Notes under the pieces: model-generated | What the model was told of the DNA's origin: nothing | Databases searched by the model: none | Seen by the model: the letters and a program-made list of their open reading frames with translations, nothing else | Made by a program: the position numbers and the translations under genes | Assembly (NCBI GenBank): GCA_965603825.1 | Contig: CBFDEM010000045.1 | Location: 372,001 to 436,000 of the forward strand | Length of the DNA stretch: 64,000 bases | Origin: Blepharisma stoltei ATCC 30299 | Lineage: Eukaryota > Protista > Ciliophora | Reading direction: 5' to 3' | Shown here: positions 11,984 through 23,698 of the stretch, piece by piece | Layout: each line of letters starts with the position of its first letter | Numbering within the stretch: position 1 is the stretch's first letter

Positions 11984-14326
11984 TTATCGCTTTTGTTTTT
12001 TCTTTTCTTTTAGGAGCTTTAACTTCTTAAAGTCATCTTGGCTGATAGGAGGGTCAATTTTTTTGGCTAGAAGGTTGTCCCAATTAATGTCTCTGAAAAA
12101 GTTATGTTGCTTTACTTGCTGAATTGTTGGGCGTTCTTCTGGATTTTTTTTCATTACTAAATTAATCAAGTCTTTAGCATCTGAGTCCATGGGCTCTGGG
12201 AATATTATTTTTGACTTAGAGATTCGCTGATATAAGACAGTGATATTTTCTGTATAAAATGGAGGCTGACCTACAAGCATCTCATATAAATTTGCACCAA
12301 TGCAGTAAACATCTGCAGGTTTCCAAGCTCCAGTTTGAGCAAGAAGTTCAGGTGGCAGATAAGCGGGTGATCCACAAAATGACATGGCTGGGTTAGATTC
12401 AGTCACATTTTCTTTTGCTAAGCCAAAATCAGCAAGTCTGATATGCCCTACTTCATCAACCAAAATATTCTGAGGCTTCAGATCACGATACACAATGTCT
12501 AGCGAATGCAAATGTTCTATCGCCAATATAATTTCAGCTATATAAAACTTTGAGATAGCCGTGCTCAAATAGTGAGCATGCTCTAAAATCAACGATAAAT
12601 CTCCATTAGGACAGTACTCTAAAGTCATAAACAAGTGCCGATTTGTCTGAAACGCCCAATATATCGGTATAATAAAAGGATGTCTTATAGACTTTAATAT
12701 CTTGCACTCAGCAATAGCATACCTCAGCTGCTTTTTTGACTTCAGCATAGGCTTATTAAGTACTTTTAGTGCATAAGTTTCTTGACTGTCCTTTTTAATG
12801 ACCTTGTATACATGTCCAAAGCTCCCAGAACCAATTTCTTCAATGACATCAAAACTATTTTCATTAATATGTCTTCCTTCATCATATTCCACGGCTTCTT
12901 CTTCAAAGCTGAGCCGGTGTTCAAAGCTTGACATTTGCATAGGGACTCGGTTTTCTTCTTGAGTTTCCAGCCATTCTTTGTTTTCTGGGTGATGGATGTA
13001 TAAGTGAAAGAAGTTGATGCACTCGTATAATCGGCTTATTCATTCTGCTGATTTGTCTTTAGAGGCTGTATAGTACTTTAAGGTGATATCACGAGTGCTT
13101 ACAATAAAATAGAATTTGCCTTCAGACATGGTAGAAGTCACACTTTTTACTTCTTGGATATCAATGAAGGGTATTATAATGTCAGGCTGAGAGCCTTCTA
13201 AATACGCGTTTTTCGTATTATAATGTACGAAAGTCCCATTTTGGGTGTCAATTACTAGAAATACCAGCTTGTCATTGATTTGCCAAGAGGAAATCGAATA
13301 GACTTCGCCTGTAAACCCTGAAGGCCGCTCTTCTGTTTTCTTGCCGTATTTTTCTAATAGCTCTTCTCCAATGTATTTTGGTATCAGTTCTGCGATTTCT
13401 ATATTAGTTGCCAGCTCTAATGCGGTCTTCCCATAAGGATCTTCTAATTTTATAGCAGCTTTCCGATCAAGAAGCACCCTAACAATTTCTGTATACCCCA
13501 TTAATGAAGCTAAATGAAGTCCAGTTCCTCTTTCTGCAGTCATTTTATTAATTTGCACATATGGTTGGTTAAGTAGCATTTCTACACATTCCTTATGTCC
13601 TTGATAGCAAGCTATTTGCAAGGGAGTCCAATGGTCATCAGTTTCAATGTTGCAGTTTGCACCTAATTCTATTAACTCTTTTACAATATTTGCATGACCC
13701 ATATAGCAAGCAAAATGGATGCAACTTCATTTTCCATTATGAGGAGAGTTCAATAGTTCTGTAATGTCTTCTACTAGCACTCTCATATTGCGAGTTCTCA
13801 TGTAGTCTTTGAGGACTGAAAATAAATCACGGACTTTTCCTTCTTGACAAGCGATGACACATTGAGTCAGCCAGGGTTCATAGTCTACGCTTGGGTTTTC
13901 GATTTCTTCTGTTTCTTGGATGCTTTCTATATGAGGAGTAGGAGTAAGAGAACCTTTCTTTTCAGTTGAAGCTGCTGGCGCTGGGTTGAATACAGGCTGA
14001 ACAGAGTGCCTTCTTACTACTTTGGGGGTTTCTTCGGAACCTGCTTGAGGAACTATAGGGTTTTCTGTTGTTTTCTAAGTAAATTTTACAGCTTCTAAAA
14101 AGATTTGACTCCCATTTTGCACATTGAATAGTGAGATTTTCGATGAAGTCGGAAGCAAAATCTATTTATCAAATACTCTTGCTCCTGAACTGAACAAACT
14201 TAATTTCTGTAGATGAGGGGGCACCAGTGTTATTCGAGCTACTTCATCTTTGAGATCTTTTACTTTTGTATTCGGCTCAACGTTGAGTTCAAAAGTGTTA
14301 TCCCCAAATTTGATAGTAATTTTCAT
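11984..14326 (-). CDS. Ubiquitin-like + ankyrin repeats + PH + AGC (PKB/Akt-like) kinase, ~770 aa, two 15-nt introns
   Basis: ORFs 14162..14377, 13040..13702 and 11984..12940 share a frame and are joined by introns 14162-14176 and 14075-14089 plus TGA codons. Motifs MKITIKF..VKDLK..QKL (Ubl), WTPLQIAC and TGLHLAS (ANK), PH ending in AEW, and GSGSFG, YRDLKPQN, DFG, SFCGSPAYLPPE. Confidence 0.88.
14075..14089 (-). other. 15-nt intron GTAAAATTTACTTAG
   Basis: GT..AG with A at -6; terminal TAG is in frame. Confidence 0.88.
14162..14176 (-). other. 15-nt intron GTATTTGATAAATAG
   Basis: GT..AG with A at -6. Removal completes the Ubl fold (..GARILLPTSSKISLFNVQNGSQIFL). Confidence 0.9.
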
Positions 14327-14434
14327 TATGTCGACAACTTTAAAAAATAATTTCATATTTCGATTGTGATTTCTCAATCAAATTTAAGCTAAATTAATAT
14401 CAAAAATATCTTTCAGTTTAAATTACGTTTAATT

Positions 14435-14920
14435 CTAAATCAATATACACGAGCATGTATCACTTCTCATTCCGTCCTTTTTAGATTGTGTCTTAAGGGT
14501 GTTTTGATACTGCACTAACTGGGAGACAAACCCATTATTTGGCTGTGCTTCTGGGTGCTTCTTTTTTAATAATTCTAGTGCTTGAGTAAATCCAATATTC
14601 TTTGTCTTCATCAAATATGCGATTAAAATAGTTGGAGCTCTGGAAATTCCAGTGTCACAATGAATGAGGATTTTTCCTTTTTGCTTTACACAATTCTGAA
14701 TAAATTCGGAGCATTCTTCAAAATATTGATGAATGTTGCAAGACGCAAGATCGTAAATGTTGATTTGCTTATAAGTGTATTGGTTTGGAAAACGCTGTGC
14801 TAGGCCTTCTCCTACAATTAATATGTGGGTTATTTGGTGATGCTGAAGTAATACTATGTTGGACGCTGCATCGTAATTTCCAATCAAAATTCCTGGAATC
14901 ACCTTATTGATAGTGTACAT
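14435..14920 (-). CDS. Atypical dual-specificity protein phosphatase with C-terminal CaaX box
   Basis: ITHIL, I-x-D, catalytic HCDTGISRA, AYLM and PNNGFVSQL; ends CSCILI. Confidence 0.93.
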   Translation of the reverse strand: MYTINKVIPGILIGNYDAASNIVLLQHHQITHILIVGEGLAQRFPNQYTYKQINIYDLASCNIHQYFEECSEFIQNCVKQKGKILIHCDTGISRAPTILIAYLMKTKNIGFTQALELLKKKHPEAQPNNGFVSQLVQYQNTLKTQSKKDGMRSDTCSCILI

Positions 14921-15056
14921 TTATTGAGGTTTTGAAAAAAATTTAGAAGATTAAACTGTATTTTTCACATTATTTCTTGACTGAGCTTTTCAGGATAGAA
15001 TAACACCAGCACTTCAAATATTATTAGAAAATTTTGAGCTAAGATGAATCATATAG

Positions 15057-16592
15057 TTAATTAACTTTTAATGGATGGCCTTCTGTATTAAAAACCCATT
15101 CGTCCAAATCAAAAGGCTGATCTTCAGAAAGCAAAAGATACAGATACTTTAAAGTTTCAGCAAGAAAATAGCTCTGCATCCTATCAGTACGTCCAGGTGG
15201 CACTGTATTCGCGTTTTGTAGCTCGGAGTATCCTACTGACAGTTTTGCATATTTTTGAATGGCTTTAAAAATTTCCCATCCCCATTTCTGGTATTTTGCG
15301 TCATGTGTATAATAATAAAAATATCAAAATGACTCAATTGTCTCTGGTCGGAGCCCATGATCTGTATTTTTTAATATAGGAAACTGTATTCCATTATTTA
15401 TCATAGCACTTTCAGTTGCAAGGCCTGTTGCACTTTTATGGTTCATTTGGTAGCAGGTTGAAGCTAATTCTTGTGATAAGAAAATAATCTCATCACGTTT
15501 GTCAAGATATGGAAGACTGTTGGCAGCAAGAATCATTAGTCCTGGATAATAGCAAGCAAATTGATGGAATTCTGGAATTAATGCATTATTCGATTTATAG
15601 CCTAAAAAATAAAGTCCAGAGCTGTCTTGGCCTACGAGGTTGTCTATAACTGCATTTAGGCTTCTAACAAATCTCTCTTTAAGTGATTCATTAGTTTTAT
15701 TTGTGTGAAGGTATTCTTTCAACAAATATTCATAAAAGCTGTCCACGCCTGCAGCAACTGAAAATTTGTCCACATAATCTCCATTAAGTGTAATTTTATT
15801 AGGAAATAAATCTTCTTTTCAGATATTGAATACATGTTTTATTATTGAATTCGCAAGATTAGCATAGATAGAATTTTTTGTATGATGTGATAGGGCAGAT
15901 AATTCAAGCTGCAAACTTCCAAAGCCAGCAAGTGATAAGTAGGTATCTTTTCAATTTGGCTCAAAAATAGATAAAAATGATCGATCCAGACTAGATCCTG
16001 TTTTTCTTTTGAAATTGAATTTTGGATAGGGAAAATTATGAGGTAGAGTAAATGAATGGACCATTAAATCTCCAAGTTCTGTTGCCTTTTGAAGAAAAAT
16101 AGAGTCTTTTGATAGTTCATAAGCACTTAAAAGCCCTCCTAGAATTCTGATATTGACTTCAAATACAGAAACTTCGCAATCACAAGCTGAGAAGTCAAGC
16201 GAGTTTTTCACCCATTCTTTAGCCTCTTTAAATTCTTCATCCATACCAAAAATTCATAATGTGTCTAATGAGTCAATAATTGTAGATCCCATATAAAGCC
16301 AATTCTTGCCATTCTATATGGATTCTACCCTAGAAACTGGCATTAATTCATCAAATCCTCAAGAATAGCGCTTGTATGAAAACCAAGCATGCTTAAATGC
16401 TCCTTTAATTTCTTCTCGACAAGTTTCTAAGCTCGGCATTGAGATGTCAGTCTATTTAAGTATTACTTTGATATCAGCTCTTGGAGGCTTCAGATAGCTT
16501 AAAGCAAGGATACTAATAATCATTCATAAAATTAACGCTGCAATCATCACTTTTAGGGAATTGTTTCCTAAGAGAAGGTGAAGTCTTTTCAT
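15057..16592 (-). CDS. GH47 class I alpha-1,2-mannosidase, type II membrane protein (~501 aa), two 15-nt introns
   Basis: N-terminal TM, then HAWFSYKRYSW(TGA)GFDELMP, IIDSLDTL, VSVFEVNIRILGGLLSAY, DSFYEYLLK, LRPETIES, DRMQSYFLAETLKYLYL, FNTEGHP. Confidence 0.93.
16314..16328 (-). other. 15-nt intron GTAGAATCCATATAG
   Basis: GT..AG with A at -6 and an in-frame TAG, lying between DELMPVSR and NGKNW. Confidence 0.9.
16452..16466 (-). other. 15-nt intron GTAATACTTAAATAG
   Basis: GT..AG with A at -6 and an in-frame TAG. Confidence 0.88.
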
Positions 16593-17016
16593 TATTTTTT
16601 AAATTTTAAGAAACATTGAATTTTAAAAATGAAAAATATATAATATAAGCATATCTTTAATAAATCCAATAATAGAGGAATTTAGAAATAATAAATAAAT
16701 TTATCTATACACTTTTTATCTATCAGCTATTCTAATTGGTTTAATTTTATAGTTGTGATGATTTTATAATCCTAATATAATTTTAAGATCATCTTCAATA
16801 AACACCATGCTTCTTAATAGTCTAATGGTTCATTCATTATATATATAAGATTAAGAGATCAAAGCGATATGACTTAAGAAAGTATAAAAAAATTGAATAA
16901 CTTATAAAGAGAAATTAGATATATTAGATCTAGCCCTAATTTTATTAGTATTTATAATTAGCTTTGACATTGTGGAAACGTGCTTTTAATGAGGATTAAT
17001 ATAAGCTACACCTAAA

Positions 17017-18405
17017 ATGGCGTCAAATTATCTTCAAGTTCAACTTGATTCACTTAATGCTTCAAAAATAATTCTTGATTCAATCTCAATACAAGTTTCT
17101 GACTCCTTCATCTCCGTTTTTACATCAGTCCAAGCCAAGCTCCTCTTCAAACCATCCAAAATTCCAAAAAAACTCAAAACTTATTCAGATTCAAGCCAAA
17201 TCCCACCCTCTAAAAATAATGAAAAACCCAAAATCAGCGACTCATTTACAGATGAAATTGAAAAAGCTAAAGCAGCCAAGCAGCTTACAAAAAAGCTAGA
17301 AAAAGAAATGCAAGAAAGGGAAAAACGAAAATATGAAAGAGAACAAGAGATGCTACTCAAAGAAGAGCAAGAAAGATACGAGCTCGAAAAACTAAAAGAA
17401 TTAGCATTAAAACAGCAAGAAGACTTAAAAAACCAACGTTTAAAAGAGTTAAAAGAAAAATCTGAAGCAAGAAAACGCGAAATTGCTGCAATGAAAGAAA
17501 TTGGAGAAACCGAATATAAAAAAGTTATATCTGAGAAGCCTTTATACAAAAAAATCCAAGAGAACTACCAACAAGAAATTCTAATGCCAGAATTGGAAAA
17601 GAAAAAAGCAGAATTAGCAAAGAAAAGAAATTTATTCAAACCTTTAGACCGTTATGATATATTGGAGCACTCAAAAAATCATGATGAGCTTATGCGGGAA
17701 TCTGAAGAACGCAGAAAGCAAAACATAAGAAATCGGTCTTTAGAGTATAAAATGAATGCAGCGTCATTAAGCTTAAAAACAAGATTCACAGATGTAATAC
17801 TAGAAGAAGAAAAAAAGAAAAAGGAAGAGCTTGAAAAGCAAGAGATTATAAAGAAAAGTTTATATGAAAAAAAGCAGCAGTATGCAGAAATTGTAAAAGA
17901 AATGTTCCAGCCTACAGTTGATCCTTATAAGCAGCATGAAATGCAGCTGATTGTAGAAAAGCTGAAACATAATATTCCTATGAAATCTATATCACACACT
18001 AAATCATCTAGAAGTGTATCTGAAAGAAGATCAGACAGCTCACGAGAAAAGGACACTAAGTCTGTTTTAAACAGAAAATGAAAAGAAAATCCTATGATTC
18101 CTAAGCCAAAACCCAAAAGAGAACCAGTTTTAATCGACTATTTAGGGGAAAGAAGAAACCAAAGAAAGCAAGAACAAGTCTCAGAAATTCAAAGGATTGA
18201 CTGAGAAGAAGACCTGTATGATGAAAATTTAACTGAAAACGAAAAAGCTGAAAAACTCAAAGCAAAAGCAGCAATGATGGAAAAAATTGCCAAAAAGCAC
18301 GAAATTAATTTAAATGGACTAAGTGAGTTAGATATGGCTGGCCAAGTTAACGAAATGTATATCAACTCAATCAAAGCCAAATTGGCTGTTCTGGAACAAG
18401 TATAA
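17017..18405 (+). CDS. Lys/Glu-rich coiled-coil protein of unknown function (~462 aa)
   Basis: ORF 17017..18081 continues through TGA (RKWKENPMIPKPKPKREPVLIDYLGERR...YINSIKAKLAVLEQV) to TAA 18403-18405. Confidence 0.8.
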
Positions 18406-18431
18406 ATAATAAAGATTTTAAAATTAATTTA

Positions 18432-19433
18432 TTAAGACTTATTTATATTCAATCTTGTACCTTTAATCATGTCAACTGCAAGACAATTAATTTGTTTGTT
18501 TTCCTTCAAACATTTAATAATGTTTTTGGTGTTTTTTATAATCATATTTATTAGTAAATTTCTCCTTTCGTATGATTTGGCAATATCACAAAAGCAATCT
18601 GCCAAATAGGTTTCTCCAGAGTTATTCAGCCTCTCATATATTTCTTCAATTACAGCTCTTGGGTACACATCAAAATCCAAGTACGCAGCTTGATAGTGTA
18701 CTCCTCTTTTTCAGAATCAAAACATATTTAATCTTTCTTGAGAAAAAGCAAGTTTAGCGTCACCTCAATTAATTTCTTTTTGATTTGTGAGCATACATTT
18801 TTGACATATCGGTCTTTTTCTTACATGGCATCTATAAATTAATTCATGCCCTGTTTCTCGGCATATATTGCAACTCATATAAATTGTTTGGAAATATCTT
18901 TCCCTTACACTACCGCCTATTAAGCAAAGCTGTCCAAAATCCCTTAACAAGTAAAAGGATCAAATTTCATTAGTTCAACAAAGCTCATAAAGGTCCTTAT
19001 TGACTAATGAAACAGCCCCTAGGACTTCCTTATAATTCAAAAATTTTAAAACTTCAAGTCACGGTCTCTTCAAATTCGTCTGAATTGGCCCTTGCATCGT
19101 TTTAGTAATCACGATCTGTGGAATTTGTGTTGCTCGCAGTGCAAAATTTCAGTTGTCGATCCACTTCATTATTTCAGGGTCATTGATTTCTTGAGGGATC
19201 GTCAGAGGTATCAGCATTTTAAAATCTCTTGGGCTGACGCATTTAATGTGGAAAGTCCTGGTTTCTATTTGGAATATTAATTTGAAGCCCATCTGTATTA
19301 CTACATCGTCAGTAATTGCTTCGTTACATTCGTAGCAGTATTCACAAATATCATTTTCTTCTAATTTTACAAGAGAAATGCCTTGAATAATGCTTCGCGT
19401 TAATCTGAATTTTTCTATACTCAAGTAAGCCAT
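18432..19433 (-). CDS. PARP-type zinc-finger-like + F-box + Cys-cluster protein; start codon uncertain
   Basis: Three ORF fragments in one frame joined by TGA. CYECNEAI..VIQMG..FHIKC (zf-PARP-like), RPWLEVLKFLNYKEVLGAVSLVNKDLYELCWTNEIW (F-box), CNIC..C..RPICQKC. Confidence 0.7.
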
Positions 19434-19788
19434 TGCATCCAAATATCTAATTGAAAGAATAATACAAATTTCGCATTTTTATAACGAAATTCAGAAATCT
19501 ACCAGAAACTGTATCTAATAAATAGAAAATTTAAAGTGTATACTGTAATGCAAATCACCATTTGGCAGAGAACGGCCTGTAGCTACCATTGCAATTTTTT
19601 GAAAATTTAAATCAATGGATAAGATTTATTTTAAAACCATGATGGATTTATTTAAATACAAAAATTTTGAGAGAAATTTTTCCTGTGCCCTTCACTTTGT
19701 CAATTTTGGTGCTCCAATTTTTTCAAGGTGCTTTTCAAGCTCTGCATTTCCTTTTAAAATAAGCTTCTTTTAAAAATGCGTAATAAAA

Positions 19789-20457
19789 ATGAGCGAAGAT
19801 CGTGGAAACAGCTTAATTAACTCCTTTGACTTTTCAGCAATCGAAGAAATGGACCCTAGTCTTAGCGATGGCCATCATGTAGCTTATGACCGTGAAGTTC
19901 CTTTTGAGCTCAGAATTCAAGAGTCAGGGAGTGGGCCTCAAGAAGTCGGTACCTTAGAAGCTATCAAGGTAAAAGTTCTTGTCTTAGGTGAAAACACTAA
20001 TCCTCAGCACGTGAAGATTGAATTTACGAGCGAAAATGACCTCTTCTTCCACTATATTCATTCTTTAGATGAAGCTGCCTTTCACCAGCTACAAGAAACC
20101 CAAAAATTGATGATCGAATTTTCAGAACTCCCAACAATTCTTATAAGGATGCTGAATTCTTGCATAAAGGAGCCACATAACTTTTTGGCTGTTTTTATTA
20201 TGCATAGAGATGGAAGAGCAAGGCTTGACTTCATTCAGAACATGGAATACAAATTCATTGAGCTGCTATCATTGGATTTCATGGCAAGCACTGAAGAAAT
20301 GGTTCGTCAGCAAATTACCTATCGCTATAATGCCGTTAAAAGTAAGCTTGCTATTATGCAAGCTAGACTACAAGACGTGAATGCGCTCATTAAAGTGAAA
20401 AATCCATCGCTATTGCTGCAATTGCAAAAACAATCGAGAAAGCCTGCTCAAGGGTAA
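19789..20457 (+). CDS. SAS6L: SAS-6-like protein (SAS-6 N-terminal domain with short coiled coil)
   Basis: YDREVPFELR, IEFTSENDLFFHY, LQETQKLMIEF, LDFIQNMEYKFIELLSLDF. Lacks the long coiled coil of canonical SAS-6. Confidence 0.88.
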   Translation: MSEDRGNSLINSFDFSAIEEMDPSLSDGHHVAYDREVPFELRIQESGSGPQEVGTLEAIKVKVLVLGENTNPQHVKIEFTSENDLFFHYIHSLDEAAFHQLQETQKLMIEFSELPTILIRMLNSCIKEPHNFLAVFIMHRDGRARLDFIQNMEYKFIELLSLDFMASTEEMVRQQITYRYNAVKSKLAIMQARLQDVNALIKVKNPSLLLQLQKQSRKPAQG

Positions 20458-21007
20458 CTAAAATTTATTTAAGATTTTAAATACATGATATTTCAAAATA
20501 AGCTATAAATAGGCAGCTCATTAATAAATATTAAATTCGATAAAAGTGTTTTTATTATTTTTCCTAAATCTAAAAGCAGCTGGTTGTTTTATATGCAAAT
20601 TATACTTTCGCTAAATTTCAGAATGAGCAATAATTTTTCAAAATAAAAATGAAAATTATGTCTTAAAAATAGAAAATAATCACCTAAAATCAATAAGTAA
20701 GTATAAAAAGTTAAATTATTTTCGAAAATTAAGCCAGATATTATCCTCAGATATATACATTTGGCATATATAATCTCTAAAATTAGAAATAAAATATTTA
20801 AACCTAAAAAATACTTCAAGTTTATAAATAATAGCAAATCTTAAAATATAACTATGATTATTTTATGTCTATATGCATAAAAACTTTTTAGTATCAAGAT
20901 TTCATACAAATAGCATTTTCCCTCAAAATTAAAATTTAATTATTCAGAAAACCAATTTACTAGATATGCTGAGAATGATGAAATTAAAACTACTTTTTAT
21001 AATAAAC

Positions 21008-21814
21008 TTAAGCAAATTTGACCTTTAAAAAGCATCTTATAGCCTCGTTGTCAAAAAAATCGTCTTTAATCTCCTGCTTTTCTTCTTGAAGGGTCTTTTT
21101 ACAATTTTCAGTTCCGTTACTTGTGGAATCGTTTATCCGAACTGTAAAAATGCTTGGTAGGAATGAGTTACTATAGCTCAAAGGAAACCAAGGCTCGAGC
21201 CCTAGATCTTGAATCATATAGCAATTCATATATTTCTTTATCATGAGCCATTTTTCTACACATTCATTTATATGAACTCCATTACAACACATGAAATCGA
21301 ATTTATCACAAAGGCTTTCTGGATTAAGATCAGCAAATAAAAACTCAATGTAATAATAAAATGTCTCTCTTACTCCAATATGAGTAAAAAATTGATTACA
21401 AAGTTTTGAATTGAAGCTTTTTTCTAAGTACGCGCCTTTGACTTTTTTCTTATTTTTTTCATCTGAGCTTGCTTTATTTTCAGTACAAGATATAGAGTCA
21501 AGAATATCTATGTATTTTTCATAGCATCCTGCTAAAGCTTGCCAAACCCTTAAGGTATTGTACGGATTTCCTCTAATTCTGTTGAGTGTTTTTGATGGCA
21601 GAACGTTTTTCCTTATCTGACGAATTGCTCTTTTAAAACCTCGGATCAGCTTGCACCTGAGATACTCTTTTTTAGGAGGCAAAGTCTTATATTCACTACA
21701 AGTATAAAACAATTTGCGGATAAAAGCATCTTTCTTACTTTTTCTACCTGGATGATGGCTTATAACAGGCTTTATATCGAGAAGAAAAGGATCAATTGAT
21801 AGCACCCTTTGCAT
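21008..21814 (-). CDS. Hypothetical basic Cys/His-containing protein, tandem paralog A
   Basis: Open ORF from ATG 21814 (MQRVLSIDP). Shares long identical blocks with 22880..23698 (PPKKEYLRCKLIRGFKRAIRQI; YYYIEFLFADLNPESLCDKFD; EKWLMIKKYMNCYMIQDL) with synonymous DNA divergence. Confidence 0.85.
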   Translation of the reverse strand: MQRVLSIDPFLLDIKPVISHHPGRKSKKDAFIRKLFYTCSEYKTLPPKKEYLRCKLIRGFKRAIRQIRKNVLPSKTLNRIRGNPYNTLRVWQALAGCYEKYIDILDSISCTENKASSDEKNKKKVKGAYLEKSFNSKLCNQFFTHIGVRETFYYYIEFLFADLNPESLCDKFDFMCCNGVHINECVEKWLMIKKYMNCYMIQDLGLEPWFPLSYSNSFLPSIFTVRINDSTSNGTENCKKTLQEEKQEIKDDFFDNEAIRCFLKVKFA

Positions 21815-22879
21815 TTTATTATTATGAATCAAAATTAGCTTGCAAAATTAATCTTTATTGCTTGAGCTTTTACATATATTAATGACATTGGTATTATATT
21901 ACTAAATATTTCTGCCTTTATAAATTATTCTTTTGGAAGAAGAAATAAATAGAGAAATAAAAGATGCCAAAAAGGGCAAAATATGATTTTTATTAACTTT
22001 AAAAAGAAAAAGACTTCATTTCCACAAAATCAAACGTACTTTGAAGACTTTTTTCAAAAATTAGCGAAAATAATAAAAATGGCTTTCATTTGAATTATTC
22101 GTGTTTTATTAAAAAATATAAAATGAACTATTCTTAATTTGCACATTCAAACTTCAAATTCGGATAAAAGTAATTCCTAAAATTCTTTAAAAAAGAAAAT
22201 AGGTTTCTGGAAAATTATTATTGAATTATTTTGTCAATGATTTTTGCTAAATAAGCTTTAAAATTGCCCAAATCTTATAAAGATCTTTGAGTAAAATGAA
22301 TTGAAGCTTTTATATAAACCCAGTTAAAAAATCATCCCACAAGAATTTAAAAGGACAAAGCAAATTTATAAAATATATTAGGGTTTAAATGCGTTGAAAG
22401 AATGTTATAAAAAGTATATAGAAAATCTTGCACGAAGGCTGCAAAAATTTTTATATTTGCTTTTTAGTAAGGTTTATGCCATACTGCAGGTATAAAATAA
22501 TTTGCAAAACAAGCGTTTTATTATTTACTTAGAAGCTTGTTTAAATCAACTTGCTTCTAGAAAATATTAATTAGCTTAATATCCAAAAAGTCAAAATAAT
22601 ATTCATATTTTTAAGCGAAGCCCTAGACTATAGTTATCATTATATTTTTTATATATTTTCAACAATTCAAAATTTATTTTAGAAAAAGAAATAAATTAAA
22701 TAGGTAAGAGTTGCTTAAAGATATGCAAAGAGCTTTATGGAAATTAAGGATGATTATACTGCATTCTCAGAAAACAAAACGAACTTCACAGCTTCTGCAT
22801 TTCATAGAAGAAATATAAAATAGATTAATTATAAATATTTTTTAATTTTAAATATATGATTTAAGCTATCTAATTAAAC

Positions 22880-23698
22880 TTAGCATAATTTATTAAACTT
22901 AAACTTAATGGATGAGTTAAAATTTCTCCTGCTTAAAATTTTGCCGATTATATTGTAGTTCGATGATATTTTGGAAACATTTTCCTGATTTTCGATTTCA
23001 GCCTTTGTAGGATTGTCTATCCTAACTGTAAAAATACTTGGTAGAAATGAATTGCTATTAGTTGAAGGAAACCAAGGTTCGATTTCCAGGTCTTGAATCA
23101 TGTAACAATTCATATATTTTTTTATCATTAGCCATTTTTCTATGCAGCCATTTGTATGAGCACCGCTACAGCACATTAAGTCAAATTTGTCACACAGACT
23201 TTCTGGATTAAGATCAGCAAATAGGAATTCAATATAATAATAAAACGCTTCTCTTACCTCGATGGGAAAGAAAAAGTCTTTACAAAGGGATGAGTTAAAG
23301 CTCCTTACTAAGTACTTGGAATTAATTTTTTCCTTATTGTTCTTGTTTGCTTTATGACTATTTTCAGTACATGACAAAGGGTCAAGAACTTCCATATATT
23401 TTTCGTAACAACCAGCTAAAGCTTGCCAGACTCCCAGTGCATTATATGGATTTCCTTTCATCCTGTTTAATGTCTTCGAAGGAAGTACATTTTTGTTTAT
23501 TTGACGAATGGCTCTTTTAAATCCTCTAATTAACTTGCATCTCAGATACTCTTTTTTAGGAGGAATCTTTTTGGATTTTTTAGATGCACAAAAAAATCTG
23601 CGAATGTAAGAGTCCTTTTTAATCTTGCGGCCTGGATGAAGGCTTGAACTTGATTTAAAATTGATCAGGAGTGGATCAATGGATATGATTCTTTTCAT
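22880..23698 (-). CDS. Hypothetical basic Cys/His-containing protein, tandem paralog B
   Basis: ATG 23698 (MKRIISIDP); paralog of 21008..21814. Confidence 0.85.
   Translation of the reverse strand: MKRIISIDPLLINFKSSSSLHPGRKIKKDSYIRRFFCASKKSKKIPPKKEYLRCKLIRGFKRAIRQINKNVLPSKTLNRMKGNPYNALGVWQALAGCYEKYMEVLDPLSCTENSHKANKNNKEKINSKYLVRSFNSSLCKDFFFPIEVREAFYYYIEFLFADLNPESLCDKFDLMCCSGAHTNGCIEKWLMIKKYMNCYMIQDLEIEPWFPSTNSNSFLPSIFTVRIDNPTKAEIENQENVSKISSNYNIIGKILSRRNFNSSIKFKFNKLC

Noticed and set aside
20589-20837. AT-rich ORFs 20589..20837, 31171..31377 and 40896..41093
   Set aside because: Their Ile/Leu/Phe/Asn-biased translations are typical of random AT-rich intergenic DNA.
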